Source of the DNA: Alphaproteobacteria bacterium | Lineage (GTDB): Bacteria; Pseudomonadota; Alphaproteobacteria; GCA-2731375 | Length of the DNA stretch: 64,000 nucleotides | NCBI GenBank assembly: GCA_965232515.1 | Contig: CBDDPY010000002.1 | Coordinates: forward strand, 1,280,001-1,344,000 | Direction: 5' to 3' | Program-made: the position numbers and the translations under genes | Part shown: piece after piece, positions 36,651 through 47,042 of the stretch | How positions within the stretch are numbered: the first letter of the stretch is position 1 | Layout: each line of letters starts with the position of its first letter | The notes under the pieces: generated by a model | What the model was told of the DNA's origin: nothing | What the model saw: the letters and a program-made list of their open reading frames with translations, nothing else | Databases searched by the model: none

Positions 36651-38077
36651 CGCGCCAAGTCCGAGGCGAGTTCGCCGAGGGTGCGGATGCCCTGTTCGAT
36701 GCGGGCGTCCCAGCGGTTGCCGCAACTGACGCGCAGACAGTTGGCATAGCGGCTGCCGGCGGAGAAGGCGTCGCCGGGGGCGAAGCAAATGTCGTGTTCC
36801 AGAGCCTTGGCGAAGAGGTCGCGGGTGCGGATGCCGTTCGGCAGGACGAGCCAGAGCACGAAGCCGCCGGCCGGGCGGCTCATGCGCGTGCCGGCGGGAA
36901 ATGATTTGTCGATGACCCGCATCATGCGGTCGATATTGTCCTGGAAGGTGCGCCGGATGCGGCGCAGGTGGCTGTCGTAGCCGCCCGACGACAGGAAATC
37001 GGCGAGCGCCACTTGCGGCAGGGCCGGGCCGCAGAGCGTGAAGGCGAACTTGTTGTCCAGCACCGGCGTCATGTGCCGTTTGGTCACGATCCAGCCGATC
37101 CGGTAACCCGGCGCCACGGTCTTGGAGAATGAGCTGCAATAGACGATGTCGGCATCTGGATCGAGGGCCATGAAGGGTTTCGGCCGCTCGGTTCCGAAAT
37201 AGATGTCGCCGTAGATATCGTCCTCGATCAGCGGCACGCGATGCTTCGCCAGCAACGCCAGCACGGCGCGTTTTTTTTCCTCGGGCATGGTGCAGCCGAG
37301 CGGATTGTTGAAGCTGGAAGCGAACAGGCAGGCGGTGATGGATTTCGCCGCGAGCGCCTTCTCAAGCGCCGAGACGTCGACGCCGGTGTCGGAGTCGGTC
37401 GGCAGTTCGAGCGCTTTCAGGCCATGCGCCTCGATCACCTGCAGCAGGCCAAAATACGTCGGCGACTCGATGGCGATGGTGTCGCCCGGCCGGGCGACGG
37501 TCTTGAGCGCCAGCGTCAGCGCTTCGGTGCAGCCGCAGGTGATGGCGATGTCGTCGGGCGACAGCGCCTGCCCCCAGCGCAGGGCGCGCCGTGCGATCTC
37601 GCGGCGGAGGCGGAGGTCGCCGCGGGGGTGGGTGTAGATGTTGTATTCGGTGCCGCTGACCCGGGCCGCACGGGCGAGGAAGCGATCGAGCCGGCCGGCG
37701 GCGAGGATGTCGGCGCTCGGGATCGCGCAACCCAGCGGCACCAAATCGGGATCGGACGCATATTCCAGCAGGTTGACGACCAGGCCGGAGACGGCGACGC
37801 GGGTCGGCTTTGCCGGCGGCTTGGTCATGACTGGCGTCGGCAGCGAGACAGAGGCCCCGTTCGTCACGTAGAAGCCGGACTTCGGGCGCGCCTCGAGAAT
37901 GCCGCGATCCTCGAGCAGGCGGTAGGCCTGTAGCACGGTGGAAATGCTGGCCTGGCGCTGCCGGCTGATCTGACGCACCGACGGCGCCCGCGAGCCCGCC
38001 GGCAGCGTGCCGCTGTCGACGAGATCGGTGATGAAGCCCGCCAGCTCTTCGTAGCGATAACGCGGTTCCGCGCCCAT
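36647..38077 (-). CDS. MocR/GabR-family transcriptional regulator (GntR wHTH plus PLP domain)
   Basis: PSVRQ...TVLQAYRLLE...RPKSGFYV; EDDIY; SFSKTVAPGYRIGW. Confidence 0.92.
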   Translation of the reverse strand: MGAEPRYRYEELAGFITDLVDSGTLPAGSRAPSVRQISRQRQASISTVLQAYRLLEDRGILEARPKSGFYVTNGASVSLPTPVMTKPPAKPTRVAVSGLVVNLLEYASDPDLVPLGCAIPSADILAAGRLDRFLARAARVSGTEYNIYTHPRGDLRLRREIARRALRWGQALSPDDIAITCGCTEALTLALKTVARPGDTIAIESPTYFGLLQVIEAHGLKALELPTDSDTGVDVSALEKALAAKSITACLFASSFNNPLGCTMPEEKKRAVLALLAKHRVPLIEDDIYGDIYFGTERPKPFMALDPDADIVYCSSFSKTVAPGYRIGWIVTKRHMTPVLDNKFAFTLCGPALPQVALADFLSSGGYDSHLRRIRRTFQDNIDRMMRVIDKSFPAGTRMSRPAGGFVLWLVLPNGIRTRDLFAKALEHDICFAPGDAFSAGSRYANCLRVSCGNRWDARIEQGIRTLGELASDLAR

Positions 38078-38106
38078 GATGGCTCTGTCCTTACAATTGC
38101 CGTGCA

Positions 38107-38173
38107 TTACAGAATGCCACGGGAAATCTGTTATGGGCACAATTTTGGTTTTCTGTAACTGTTATCAACAGAT
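38107..38173. promoter_or_regulatory. Putative MocR operator (direct and inverted repeats)
   Basis: CTGTTAT at 38128 and 38159, CTGTAA at 38153, and inverted copies TTACAG (38107) and AACAGAT (38167), in the AT-rich divergent gap. Confidence 0.5.
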
Positions 38174-38217
38174 CTGGCTTGCTAGTTCTTGGATTGGGAC
38201 GACAAGGAGAGGCAGGC

Positions 38218-39135
38218 ATGACCAGCTATTCCTATTTCACCGTTGACGTATTCACCGACGAGGTGTTCGGCGGCAATCCGCTGGCGGTGTTTCCGCACGC
38301 GGAGGGCCTGAACGACCGGCAGATGCAGACAGTGGCGCGCGAGCTGAACCTGTCGGAAACGACCTTCGTGTTCCCGCCCGACAATCCGGCGCATACCTGC
38401 AAGGTGCGGATTTTCACGCCGGGTGCGGAGCTGCCCTTCGCCGGCCATCCGACGCTCGGCACGGCGCATGTGCTGGTCAGCAACGGCGACATCGCCGCCA
38501 ATGGCGATACGACCGAGGTCGTGTTCGAGGAAGGCGTGGGGCCGGTGCCGGTGAAGGTTTCGCGGCAGTCGGCGGACCTGACCTTCGCGCAACTCTCGGT
38601 GTCAAAGCTGCCGGATTTCGGACCGCCGGCTCCGTCGCGCGACGATCTGGCTTCTGTCCTGTCGACTTCACCCAACGACATATCGGCCGACGCGCCGATC
38701 CAGGCCGTGTCCTGCGGCGTGCCGTTCCTGTTCGTGCCGGTCAGCGGCCTCGACGCCATGGCCCGGCTGCAGCCCAATATGGCGCGCTGGACCGATGTGC
38801 TGGGCGACTTTTGGGCGACCGAGGTGTTTGCCTTGACCCGCGAGACGGTGAACGAGGGTTCCAATGTCCATGCCCGGATGTTCGGGCCGATGATCGGGAT
38901 CACCGAAGACCCGGCGACCGGCGGCGCGGCCGCCGCGCTCGGCGGCTATCTCGGCGTGCGGGAAGGCCCCGAGACCGGTACCGCGCGTTGGCGGGTAGAG
39001 CAGGGGATCGAGATGGGGCGGCCGAGCTTCCTCGACGTTGAGACCGACAAACAGGCCGGCGAGATCACGGCCGTGCGGGTCGGCGGCGCGACGGTGCCGG
39101 TCAGCCGCGGCGAGATGGACATTCCCGCAATCTGA
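38218..39135 (+). CDS. PhzF-family isomerase/epimerase
   Basis: Motifs VDVFT...GGNPLAV, LNLSETTF, ELPFAGHPT, EDPATG, EQGIEMGRPS. Confidence 0.92.
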   Translation: MTSYSYFTVDVFTDEVFGGNPLAVFPHAEGLNDRQMQTVARELNLSETTFVFPPDNPAHTCKVRIFTPGAELPFAGHPTLGTAHVLVSNGDIAANGDTTEVVFEEGVGPVPVKVSRQSADLTFAQLSVSKLPDFGPPAPSRDDLASVLSTSPNDISADAPIQAVSCGVPFLFVPVSGLDAMARLQPNMARWTDVLGDFWATEVFALTRETVNEGSNVHARMFGPMIGITEDPATGGAAAALGGYLGVREGPETGTARWRVEQGIEMGRPSFLDVETDKQAGEITAVRVGGATVPVSRGEMDIPAI

Positions 39136-39165
39136 GACGCGAACGAGAGATCGAAGGAAAGATCA

Positions 39166-40302
39166 ATGGCGACGTTTCCACAGAACGACATCATTTCGCT
39201 GACCGGCGAGACGGTGCGCTATGACCTGGCCGAAAGCGTTGGCCCGGACATCCGCCTGGGCGACCTGCTGGCCGCCGCCGGCGATGCGGATCTCGGCGAC
39301 CTGCTGCTGGGCTACCGGACGGCCGAGGGCGACGCGCGGCTGCGCGAGATCATCGCAGAACAGCACGGCGTCTCGGCGGACGATGTCGTCATTACCGTCG
39401 GCAGCATGCAGGCGCTGTTCCTGACCGCATTCATTCTCTGCGATCCGGGTGACGAGGCGGTGACGACGGCGCCGCTGTTCCCGCTGGCGCGGAACGTGCT
39501 GGAGGCCGTGCGCGCGGATGTGAAAACGCTGAGGCTCAGCTTCGAACAAGACTACCGGCTCGATCTCGAAGATCTGGATCGGCAACTCTCCGCCCGCACC
39601 AAGTTCGTCAGCCTGGCTTCGCCACAGAATCCGTCGGGCGTCGCCATGCCCGACGGAACCGTGCGCGACGTGATCGCCCTGATGGCGGCGAAATGTCCCG
39701 ACGCCTACCTGCTGCTGGACGAGACCTATCGCGACGCCGTTTACGGCGACGATGCGGTGGCGCCAAGCGGCGTGACGCTCGGCCAGAAGGTGATCTCCTG
39801 CGCTTCGCTGTCGAAATGCCATGGCGCGCCAGGTCTGCGGCTGGGCTGGGCGATCAGCCGGGATCCGGCGCTGCGCGAGCAATTGGTGCTGGGCAAGTTC
39901 AATACGTCGATCGCCAATTCCGCGATTGACGAGGCCCTGGCCCTGAAGGTGCTTGAACAGCGGGATCGCATCATCGGCGACCGCCGGCGCCATCTGGCCG
40001 ACGGACTGGCGCGGACGGCTGCCTGGACCGACGCGAACGCGGCCTATGTCGACTGGGTACGGCCGGATGCCGGCGCGCTCTGCTGCGTGCGACTGAAACC
40101 GTCGGTCTTCGACGAGGCCGCCGTCGACCGCTTCTATGCGGCGCTGGCGACAGAGGGCGTCCGCGTCGGCAACGGCGCCTGGTTCGGCGATGAGGCCCGG
40201 GTCTTCCGTCTGGGCTTCGGCCTGCTGTCGATGCCCGATCTCGATGCGGCGCTGGGCGGCCTCGCCTCGGCCATCGAGGCGGCGGCGCGCGACGCCGCCT
40301 GA
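39166..40302 (+). CDS. PLP-dependent aminotransferase class I/II
   Basis: Motifs PQNPSG, DETY, SLSKCHGAPGLRLGW (PLP lysine). Confidence 0.88.
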   Translation: MATFPQNDIISLTGETVRYDLAESVGPDIRLGDLLAAAGDADLGDLLLGYRTAEGDARLREIIAEQHGVSADDVVITVGSMQALFLTAFILCDPGDEAVTTAPLFPLARNVLEAVRADVKTLRLSFEQDYRLDLEDLDRQLSARTKFVSLASPQNPSGVAMPDGTVRDVIALMAAKCPDAYLLLDETYRDAVYGDDAVAPSGVTLGQKVISCASLSKCHGAPGLRLGWAISRDPALREQLVLGKFNTSIANSAIDEALALKVLEQRDRIIGDRRRHLADGLARTAAWTDANAAYVDWVRPDAGALCCVRLKPSVFDEAAVDRFYAALATEGVRVGNGAWFGDEARVFRLGFGLLSMPDLDAALGGLASAIEAAARDAA

Positions 40303-40494
40303 CCGCCGGTCACACGCCCTTGAAGTCTCTCATCTGGTCGATTGATCGCGAAAACTTGATGAAATCAGTCTGTTTTCTTCAGGTATTTACCTCCGGTCGA
40401 CACTAGCTAACGCGCCAAGCTGGAGCGATGTGATGGAACCGCGAGTTCCGTTACGTCGTTGTCTACAGCGTCCTGGATTACTGGGAGAGCATTG

Positions 40495-41154
40495 ATGGGA
40501 TTGCAGCTGGGCGACGTTGCCCCGAATTTCACGGCCGAAACCACGCAGGGACCGATTAGCTTCCATGATTGGATCGGCGACGGCTGGGCCGTGCTGTTTT
40601 CACACCCGAAGGACTTCACGCCGGTCTGCACGACCGAGCTCCAGTCGATGGTCCGTCTGGAGCCGGCATTCGCCCGGCGCAACGTCAAGATCATCGGCCT
40701 GAGCGTCGATACGGTTGACGAGCACGTCAAGTGGATTGAGGACATCAAGGCATTCACCGGCCTGGAGCCGAGCTATCCGCTGATTGGCGACCACGACCTC
40801 GCCATCGCCAAGCTCTACGGCATGCTGGACGCGCGCGCCCGCGGTCACGCCGATGGCCGGACCGCGGCCGACAATGCAACGGTACGCAGCGTGTTCGTGA
40901 TCGGCCCGGACAAGCGGATCGAGCTGACGATCAATTACCCCATGAGCACGGGCCGGAACTTCGACGAGATCCTGCGGGTCATCGACTCGCTGCAGTTGAC
41001 CGCCAACTACAGCGTGGCGACGCCGGCCAACTGGCACTCGGGCGAGGACGTGGTCATCCCGCCGACGGTGAGCGACGAAGCGGCCTGGGAAATCTTCCCC
41101 TGGGGCTGGCGGGCGCCGCGACCTTATATGCGCTACGTCGCCTGCCCGCGCTAA
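40495..41154 (+). CDS. 1-Cys peroxiredoxin (Prx6 type)
   Basis: Motifs LFSHPKDFTPVCTTE, YPMSTGRNFDEILR, VATPANW. Confidence 0.93.
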   Translation: MGLQLGDVAPNFTAETTQGPISFHDWIGDGWAVLFSHPKDFTPVCTTELQSMVRLEPAFARRNVKIIGLSVDTVDEHVKWIEDIKAFTGLEPSYPLIGDHDLAIAKLYGMLDARARGHADGRTAADNATVRSVFVIGPDKRIELTINYPMSTGRNFDEILRVIDSLQLTANYSVATPANWHSGEDVVIPPTVSDEAAWEIFPWGWRAPRPYMRYVACPR

Positions 41155-41170
41155 CGCCGCGCCTCTGGCG

Positions 41171-43171
41171 CTAACTCTCCGCCGGGGCGGCCGCGCGTCG
41201 GCCGCCCGAGAGCCAGGCAATGACAACCCCTGGCGCCGTCAGGGCAATCGCGATCAGCGTGAGTTGAACATGCCCCAGGCCGATCATACCGCCGCCGGGG
41301 GCGGCGAGCGTCAAGCCGCCGGCAATTAGCGACAGGCGGCCGAGCCAGGACAGCGGCCCGAGCCCGAGGCTGCCGATGCCGATCAGCCAGCCCTGCAGGC
41401 CGGCCGAGACGAGCAGGATGCCGATCATGGCGGTGGCGATGACGACAACGATCTCGCCCGCCGCGCCCTGCAATAGCAGCGCCGGATTGAAGACGAAGAA
41501 GAACGGGATGAAGTAGATCACCGTGCCGATGCGCATGGCCTCGAGCCCGGTCTGCATAGGCTCGCACTTGGCGACCGAGGCGGCGGCGAATGCGGCGAGC
41601 GCCACCGGCGGGGTGATGAAGCTGAGCATGCCCCAGTAGAGCAGGAACATGTGCACGCTCATGGGGTCGAGACCGACCTGGATCAGCGCCGGCGCCAGGA
41701 TGATGGCGAGGAAGATGTAGGCCGCCGTCACCGTCATGCCGATGCCGAGGATGAAGCTGGTGAGCGCGCCCATGATCAGCAGCACCAGCGGCGCGCCGCC
41801 GGCCAGGAATACGAGATCGTTGGTGAGCGTGCCGGTCATGCCGGTCGCCTGCAGCGCGCCGACGATTAGGCCGACCGCGGCGAGCAGGCCAGCGAGCTCG
41901 GCCAGCAGGCCGCCGGTGGCGAAGATGTAGGCCTTGAACTGCTCGAGGCTGAGCCGATGGTTGCGGTTGAACTGATTGATCACCAGCAGCAGCGCCGTCG
42001 CGTAGAACGGCGCGTGCGCCTCGCGCTTCAGGAACACCAGCATGAAGACCAAGAGCGCGAAGACGGCGACGTAGTACCAGCCGTCCTTGATCACCGCCCA
42101 GAGCGACGGCAGCTCGGACCGGTCGAGGCCGGTCAGCTTGTTCTGCGCCGAGTAGGCATCGATCTGCATGAACAGGCCGAGATAGTAGAGCAGTGACGGC
42201 ACGATCGCGGCGACCGCGACGGTGACGTAGGAGACCTCGAGGAAATCGGCCATCACGAACGCGGTGGCGCCCATGATCGGCGGCATCATGGTGCCGCCGG
42301 TCGACGCGCAGGCCTCGATGGCGCCGGCGGTCTTGGGCCGGACGCCGATGCGTTTCATGGCTGGGATGGTGAGCGCGCCCGTGGTCAACACGTTGGTGAT
42401 CGGCCCGCCCGACATGGAGCCGAACAGGCCGGAGGAGAAGATCGCCACCTTGGCCGGCCCGCCGCGCACATGGCCCAGAAGCGCGAAGGCGAGGTTGATG
42501 AAGAACTGACCGCCGCCGGTATAGACCAGCGCGTTGCCGAACAGCAGGAAGCCGAAGAACAGAAGCGCGAAGGCCTGCATGGGAATGCCGAGCAGGCTCT
42601 CTTCCGAATAGATGTGATAGGCCGCCGTGTCGAGGAAGGTCTGGCCGACGCCGGAGATCACCTGCGGCATGTGCTCGACATAGGTCGGGTAGAACGAGAC
42701 GACCGTGACGATGATGAACACGGCAAGGCCGCCGGCGCGCCGGCCCGCTTCCAGGATCACGGCCCAGAGCACGACGGCCATGTAGCGCGCGGAGTCCGGC
42801 GCGTTGTATTCCCAGCTCTCCTCCAGGATCGGCAGGCCGTAATAGGTGAAATAGCCGGTGAGGCCGAGCGTCAGCAGGAACAGCACCGCGTCATACCAGG
42901 GGATCGTACGCCGGGGCGCCGATTTGTAGGCGGGCATGAACAGGAAGATCATCGACACCATGACGCCGATAAGCAGGTACATGTACTGGTTCTGCACCAG
43001 CTTGTTGCCGATCAGCAGGCTGAAGAAGCCGAGCTGGAACATCTCGTTCACAGCGAGTGCCGTGGCGATCAGCGTCAACGCCAGGATCAGGCCGGTCCAA
43101 AGCCGGCCGAGCCGGCGATAGCGCTGGGTTTCGACGTCGTCGGCGTGCGCGGGCTCGGCCGGTGCGCTCAT
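41171..43171 (-). CDS. TRAP transporter fused 4TM/12TM permease (TAXI type)
   Basis: Motifs RGGPAKVA, EACASTGG, PPIMGATAF, ITPPVAL; highly hydrophobic, 666 aa. Confidence 0.9.
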   Translation of the reverse strand: MSAPAEPAHADDVETQRYRRLGRLWTGLILALTLIATALAVNEMFQLGFFSLLIGNKLVQNQYMYLLIGVMVSMIFLFMPAYKSAPRRTIPWYDAVLFLLTLGLTGYFTYYGLPILEESWEYNAPDSARYMAVVLWAVILEAGRRAGGLAVFIIVTVVSFYPTYVEHMPQVISGVGQTFLDTAAYHIYSEESLLGIPMQAFALLFFGFLLFGNALVYTGGGQFFINLAFALLGHVRGGPAKVAIFSSGLFGSMSGGPITNVLTTGALTIPAMKRIGVRPKTAGAIEACASTGGTMMPPIMGATAFVMADFLEVSYVTVAVAAIVPSLLYYLGLFMQIDAYSAQNKLTGLDRSELPSLWAVIKDGWYYVAVFALLVFMLVFLKREAHAPFYATALLLVINQFNRNHRLSLEQFKAYIFATGGLLAELAGLLAAVGLIVGALQATGMTGTLTNDLVFLAGGAPLVLLIMGALTSFILGIGMTVTAAYIFLAIILAPALIQVGLDPMSVHMFLLYWGMLSFITPPVALAAFAAASVAKCEPMQTGLEAMRIGTVIYFIPFFFVFNPALLLQGAAGEIVVVIATAMIGILLVSAGLQGWLIGIGSLGLGPLSWLGRLSLIAGGLTLAAPGGGMIGLGHVQLTLIAIALTAPGVVIAWLSGGRRAAAPAES

Positions 43172-43253
43172 GGCATCAGACTTTCGGAAGCTATGGAGAA
43201 GGCGGACGGGGCCGGAACGCGTTGCGGTCCCGGCCCGCCGCGAACATGACCGG

Positions 43254-44396
43254 TCACCAGGTGGTGAAGATCACTTCCATCTCGGCGCCCGACAGCGCGT
43301 CGGCGCGCGCCGTCATCCAACCCTTGTCGAAGTCGTCGGCAGGATTGGCCGTGTAGGCATCCCAGGCTTTCTTCAGCACGGTCTGCCGAGCCAACAGACG
43401 CTCCTGATTGACTTGGGCGGGGTCCGACCAGCGGCCGACTTCCTTCAGATACCGCACCGCGCCCGAATGCCAGGGCAGATAGAAGTCGTCGAGCTGCTGC
43501 TCGATGGCCCAGCCCTCGGCGCCCGGCGCGCCTTCCTTATAGGCGTCGAAGCCCTCGACCATGGCTTTGGCCATGCCGTAGGCCACGTCATCGCCGGTGT
43601 CGGTGGTCGAGACCAGGATCGGATAGACGCTGGCGATACCTTCCGACCGGCCGCCCGGAATGCCGGGGCCCTTGGTGCAGATGCCCTGCACGTACCACGG
43701 CACCAGTTTCTGCACGCGGTCCCAGCCGGCCTTGTCGGCGAATGGCATCGGCGGGTGGTAGACGCCGCGCGGGCTCGATTCCATCTTCAGCATGAAGGTC
43801 GATTGCGAGGCCGTGATCGAGGCGTCGATATCGCCGTTGATGATGCCGTTGATCGACGCGGCCCAACCGCCGACCTCAACCTTCTCGACCTCGTCGAGCC
43901 CGACATTGGCGAAAGCCAGTAACGCCTCGGCGGCCTTCTGCAGGGCCGGCGAGCCGCGCACCCAGCCGATGCGCTTGCCGCGCAGGTCGGCCATGGTTTT
44001 GACGCCGACATCGTTGGCGACGGCGAACGTCGTGCAGCCGGCCGAGCGGTTCAGCAGGACCAGGCGGATCGGCATCGGCCCCCAAGCCTTCTTGCCGAAG
44101 GTAAAGACGGCCTCCTGCGCATAGACGCTGTCGGAGCCGGTGGCCGTGAACTGCGCGGTGCCCTTCTTGACCGGCGACAGCCGGGAAACGTCGTTCTTGC
44201 CGGGCAGCACGCGCAGGTTCACTTGGTACTTGTTCTTCAGCATGCTGCCGATGGCGACCATCTGGCTGTAGCCCGAGGTGCCGGTGTTGTAAGCCGTGGT
44301 GACGAGCGTGCCGGGCAACTTGACGTCATCGGCGACAGCGGCGCCGGACGCAGAAACAAGACACGCCAACAATCCGGATAACAGGTGCTTATGCAT
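43254..44396 (-). CDS. TAXI-family TRAP solute-binding protein
   Basis: Signal peptide, TAYNTGTSGY, ADLRGKRI, PWHSGAVRY; GGAGG upstream of ATG 44396. Confidence 0.85.
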   Translation of the reverse strand: MHKHLLSGLLACLVSASGAAVADDVKLPGTLVTTAYNTGTSGYSQMVAIGSMLKNKYQVNLRVLPGKNDVSRLSPVKKGTAQFTATGSDSVYAQEAVFTFGKKAWGPMPIRLVLLNRSAGCTTFAVANDVGVKTMADLRGKRIGWVRGSPALQKAAEALLAFANVGLDEVEKVEVGGWAASINGIINGDIDASITASQSTFMLKMESSPRGVYHPPMPFADKAGWDRVQKLVPWYVQGICTKGPGIPGGRSEGIASVYPILVSTTDTGDDVAYGMAKAMVEGFDAYKEGAPGAEGWAIEQQLDDFYLPWHSGAVRYLKEVGRWSDPAQVNQERLLARQTVLKKAWDAYTANPADDFDKGWMTARADALSGAEMEVIFTTW

Positions 44397-44688
44397 TGCA
44401 CTTCCTCCCATCCATGTTCGACGAATGCTCTTGCGGCCTCGCTTAAGACAGAGAGTTTTCCATAATCCGGCAGCATCCACAAAGCGATATGCCTGTGGCC
44501 GCGGCAGGCGACATGCGACCACCCGTGTTAGGCTCTGGGTCGAGCAACGGCGTGCCGAAATGCGCATGAATACGCGGATGAGGTCCCGCGAGGGTCGGCC
44601 GAACCCCGTGAGTGCCGGCCGCAGCTTCGCGCATCTTGGGTAACCGAGCCGACCGGGCCGTATCAGACACCGAGCCGAGGAGCGACCA

Positions 44689-46344
44689 ATGCGGGTCATC
44701 GACGTGATCACCGAGATCCTGAAACGCGAAGGTGTCGAGCATCTGAGCTGCTATCCGACGACGGCGCTGATCGAGTCGGCGGCCGCCGCCGGCATCCGGC
44801 CGATCATCTGTCGGCAGGAGCGGGTCGGCGTCGGCATCGCCGACGGCTTCGCGCGGGTGAGCAACGGCCGGCCACCGTCGGTCTTCGCCATGCAATACGG
44901 GCCGGGCGCGGAGAACGCCTTTCCCGGTATCGCCACGGCGTTCTCGGACTCGACGCCCATGCTGTTGCTGCCATTGGGCCATCCGCGCGAGCGCGACCGG
45001 GTGTTTCCGCTGTTCAGCAGCGTCAGGACCTACGAGACCGTGACGAAGTCGGTCGAGCAGGTGAACGTGCCGGAGCGCGTGGTCGACTCGATGCGCCGGG
45101 CGCTGGCGGCCATGCGCACCGGCCGTCCCTGTCCGGTGCTGGTCGAGGTGCCACAGGACGTCGCCGGGCAGGAGGTCGATGCCGGCATCCTGGAGAGCTA
45201 CGCGCCGGTGCGGGCTGCCCGCGCGCAGGCAGATCCTGACGACATCGAAGCGGCGGCGCGGGCGCTGCTGGCGGCCGAACGCCCGATCGTGCTGGCGGGC
45301 GCGGGCGTGCTCTATGCCGAAGCCAGCGCCGAGCTGGCGGCGCTCGCCGAACTGTTGCAGGCGCCGGTCATGACGACCATGGAGGGCAAAAGCGCCATCT
45401 CCGAGAAGCACCATCCGCTGGCGCTGGGCAGCGGGTCCGGCGTGATGAGCGGACCGGTCTACGAGTTCCTGCGCGACGCCGACGTGGTGCTGGCGATCGG
45501 CACCAGCCTGACCCGGCATCCGATGGTGACGCCGCTGCCGCCGGGCAAGCTCGTGATCCAGGCGACAAACGACCCCACTGACCTGCACAAGAGCTATCGC
45601 GTCGATCATCCGATCCTGGGCGACGCCAAGCTGGTGCTGCGTCAGTTGACGGAATGCTGCGCCGATCTGCTCGGCGGCAAGCAACACCGCGAGCCGGGCG
45701 CGGTGCCCGCCGAGATCGCGCGGGTCCGCGAGGAATGGCTGGCCGAATGGCTGCCGAAGCTGACCTCGGACGCGGCGCCGATCAATCCCTATCGGGTGAT
45801 CTGGGAGTTCATGCGGAACATCGATCCGGCCGACGCCATCATCACGCATGATGCCGGCAATCCCCGCTTCGAGATGATGCCGTTCTACCGCTCCGACGGA
45901 CCGCGCAGCTATCTCGGCTGGGGCAAGTCGCACCAGCTCGGGACCGGCCTCGGTCTCGCCATCGGCGCCAAGCTGGCGGCGCCCGACAAGTTCTGCGTCA
46001 ACGTGATGGGCGACGCGGCGTTCGGCATGACCGGCCTCGATTTCGAGACCGCGGTGCGCTGCGATCTGCCGATCTGCACCATCGTGCTGAAGAACTCGAC
46101 CATGGCGGTCGAGGTCAAGCACATGGCCGTCTCGCACGAGAAGTACCAGACGCGGGACGTCGGCGGCGACTATGCCGATATCGCCCGGGCGCTCGGCGGC
46201 TGGGCCGAACGGGTCGAGGACCCGGCCGAGGTCGGCCCGGCGCTGTTGCGGGCCAAACGGGCCAACGAGGAGGGCCGGGCCGCACTTCTCGAATTCATTA
46301 CCAGCGACGAGCCGGCCTATTCCTATCTGCGGCCGTTTGGCTAA
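44689..46344 (+). CDS. Thiamine-diphosphate-dependent enzyme (acetolactate synthase-like fold)
   Basis: RQERVGVGIADGFAR, QYGPG, and ThDP motif MGDAAFGM...VLKN. Confidence 0.88.
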   Translation: MRVIDVITEILKREGVEHLSCYPTTALIESAAAAGIRPIICRQERVGVGIADGFARVSNGRPPSVFAMQYGPGAENAFPGIATAFSDSTPMLLLPLGHPRERDRVFPLFSSVRTYETVTKSVEQVNVPERVVDSMRRALAAMRTGRPCPVLVEVPQDVAGQEVDAGILESYAPVRAARAQADPDDIEAAARALLAAERPIVLAGAGVLYAEASAELAALAELLQAPVMTTMEGKSAISEKHHPLALGSGSGVMSGPVYEFLRDADVVLAIGTSLTRHPMVTPLPPGKLVIQATNDPTDLHKSYRVDHPILGDAKLVLRQLTECCADLLGGKQHREPGAVPAEIARVREEWLAEWLPKLTSDAAPINPYRVIWEFMRNIDPADAIITHDAGNPRFEMMPFYRSDGPRSYLGWGKSHQLGTGLGLAIGAKLAAPDKFCVNVMGDAAFGMTGLDFETAVRCDLPICTIVLKNSTMAVEVKHMAVSHEKYQTRDVGGDYADIARALGGWAERVEDPAEVGPALLRAKRANEEGRAALLEFITSDEPAYSYLRPFG

Positions 46345-46403
46345 CGCCGGCAGCAAGGCTAAAGTCGTCGCCGGTAGGGGGCCTGTTGGGAGGGAACGCA
46401 TCC

Positions 46404-47036
46404 ATGAAGCTGTACGATTTTCACTTGGCGCCGAACCCGAAGCGCGTACGCATCTTTCTCGCCGAGAAGGGTATCGAGGTGCCGAAGGTCGAGATCAACA
46501 CGCGCGAGGCCGGGCAATTCTCGCCTGAATTCCTGAAGGTCAATCCGGGCGCGACCATTCCGGCCCTGGAGCTGGATGACGGCACCTGCATCTCGGAGAC
46601 CGTGGCGATCTGCCGCTATTTCGAGGAGGTTCAGCCCGAGCCGCCGCTGATGGGGGTCGACGCCAAGGACAAGGCCGTCGTCGAAATGTGGAGCCGGCGC
46701 TGCGAGCTGGAAGGCTTCATGGCAATCGGCGAGGCGGTGCGCAACGGCTTGCCGATGTTCGAGGATCGGGGTCTGGCCGGCATGCGGAGCGGCGTGCCGC
46801 AGATCCCAGCGCTGGTCGAGCGCGGCAAAGCCACGGCGACGCGGTTCTGCAAGAAGCTGGACGCCCAGCTCGCCGACAACGAGTTCATCGCGGGACCTCG
46901 CTTCACGATCGCGGACATCACGGCTTTCGTGATGTTCGGGTTCGCGAGCCGCATCGAGTTCGCCATGCCCGAGGACTGCACGAACATCAAACGCTGGTTC
47001 GACGCGGTGGCGGCGCGGCCGAGCGCCGACGCCTGA
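46404..47036 (+). CDS. Glutathione S-transferase family protein
   Basis: Motifs APNPKRVRIFLAEKGI, IPALELDDG..ISETVAI, FTIADI. Confidence 0.92.
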   Translation: MKLYDFHLAPNPKRVRIFLAEKGIEVPKVEINTREAGQFSPEFLKVNPGATIPALELDDGTCISETVAICRYFEEVQPEPPLMGVDAKDKAVVEMWSRRCELEGFMAIGEAVRNGLPMFEDRGLAGMRSGVPQIPALVERGKATATRFCKKLDAQLADNEFIAGPRFTIADITAFVMFGFASRIEFAMPEDCTNIKRWFDAVAARPSADA

Positions 47037-47042
47037 GCGACT

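Noticed and set aside
38218-39135. Phenazine biosynthesis cluster
   Set aside because: Only a PhzF-family gene is present; no phzA/B/D/E/G nearby.
40330-40390. AT-rich TTGAT...ATCA region upstream of Prx6 as an FNR or OxyR site
   Set aside because: Spacing does not fit TTGAT-N4-ATCAA and the match to an OxyR pattern is too loose to call.
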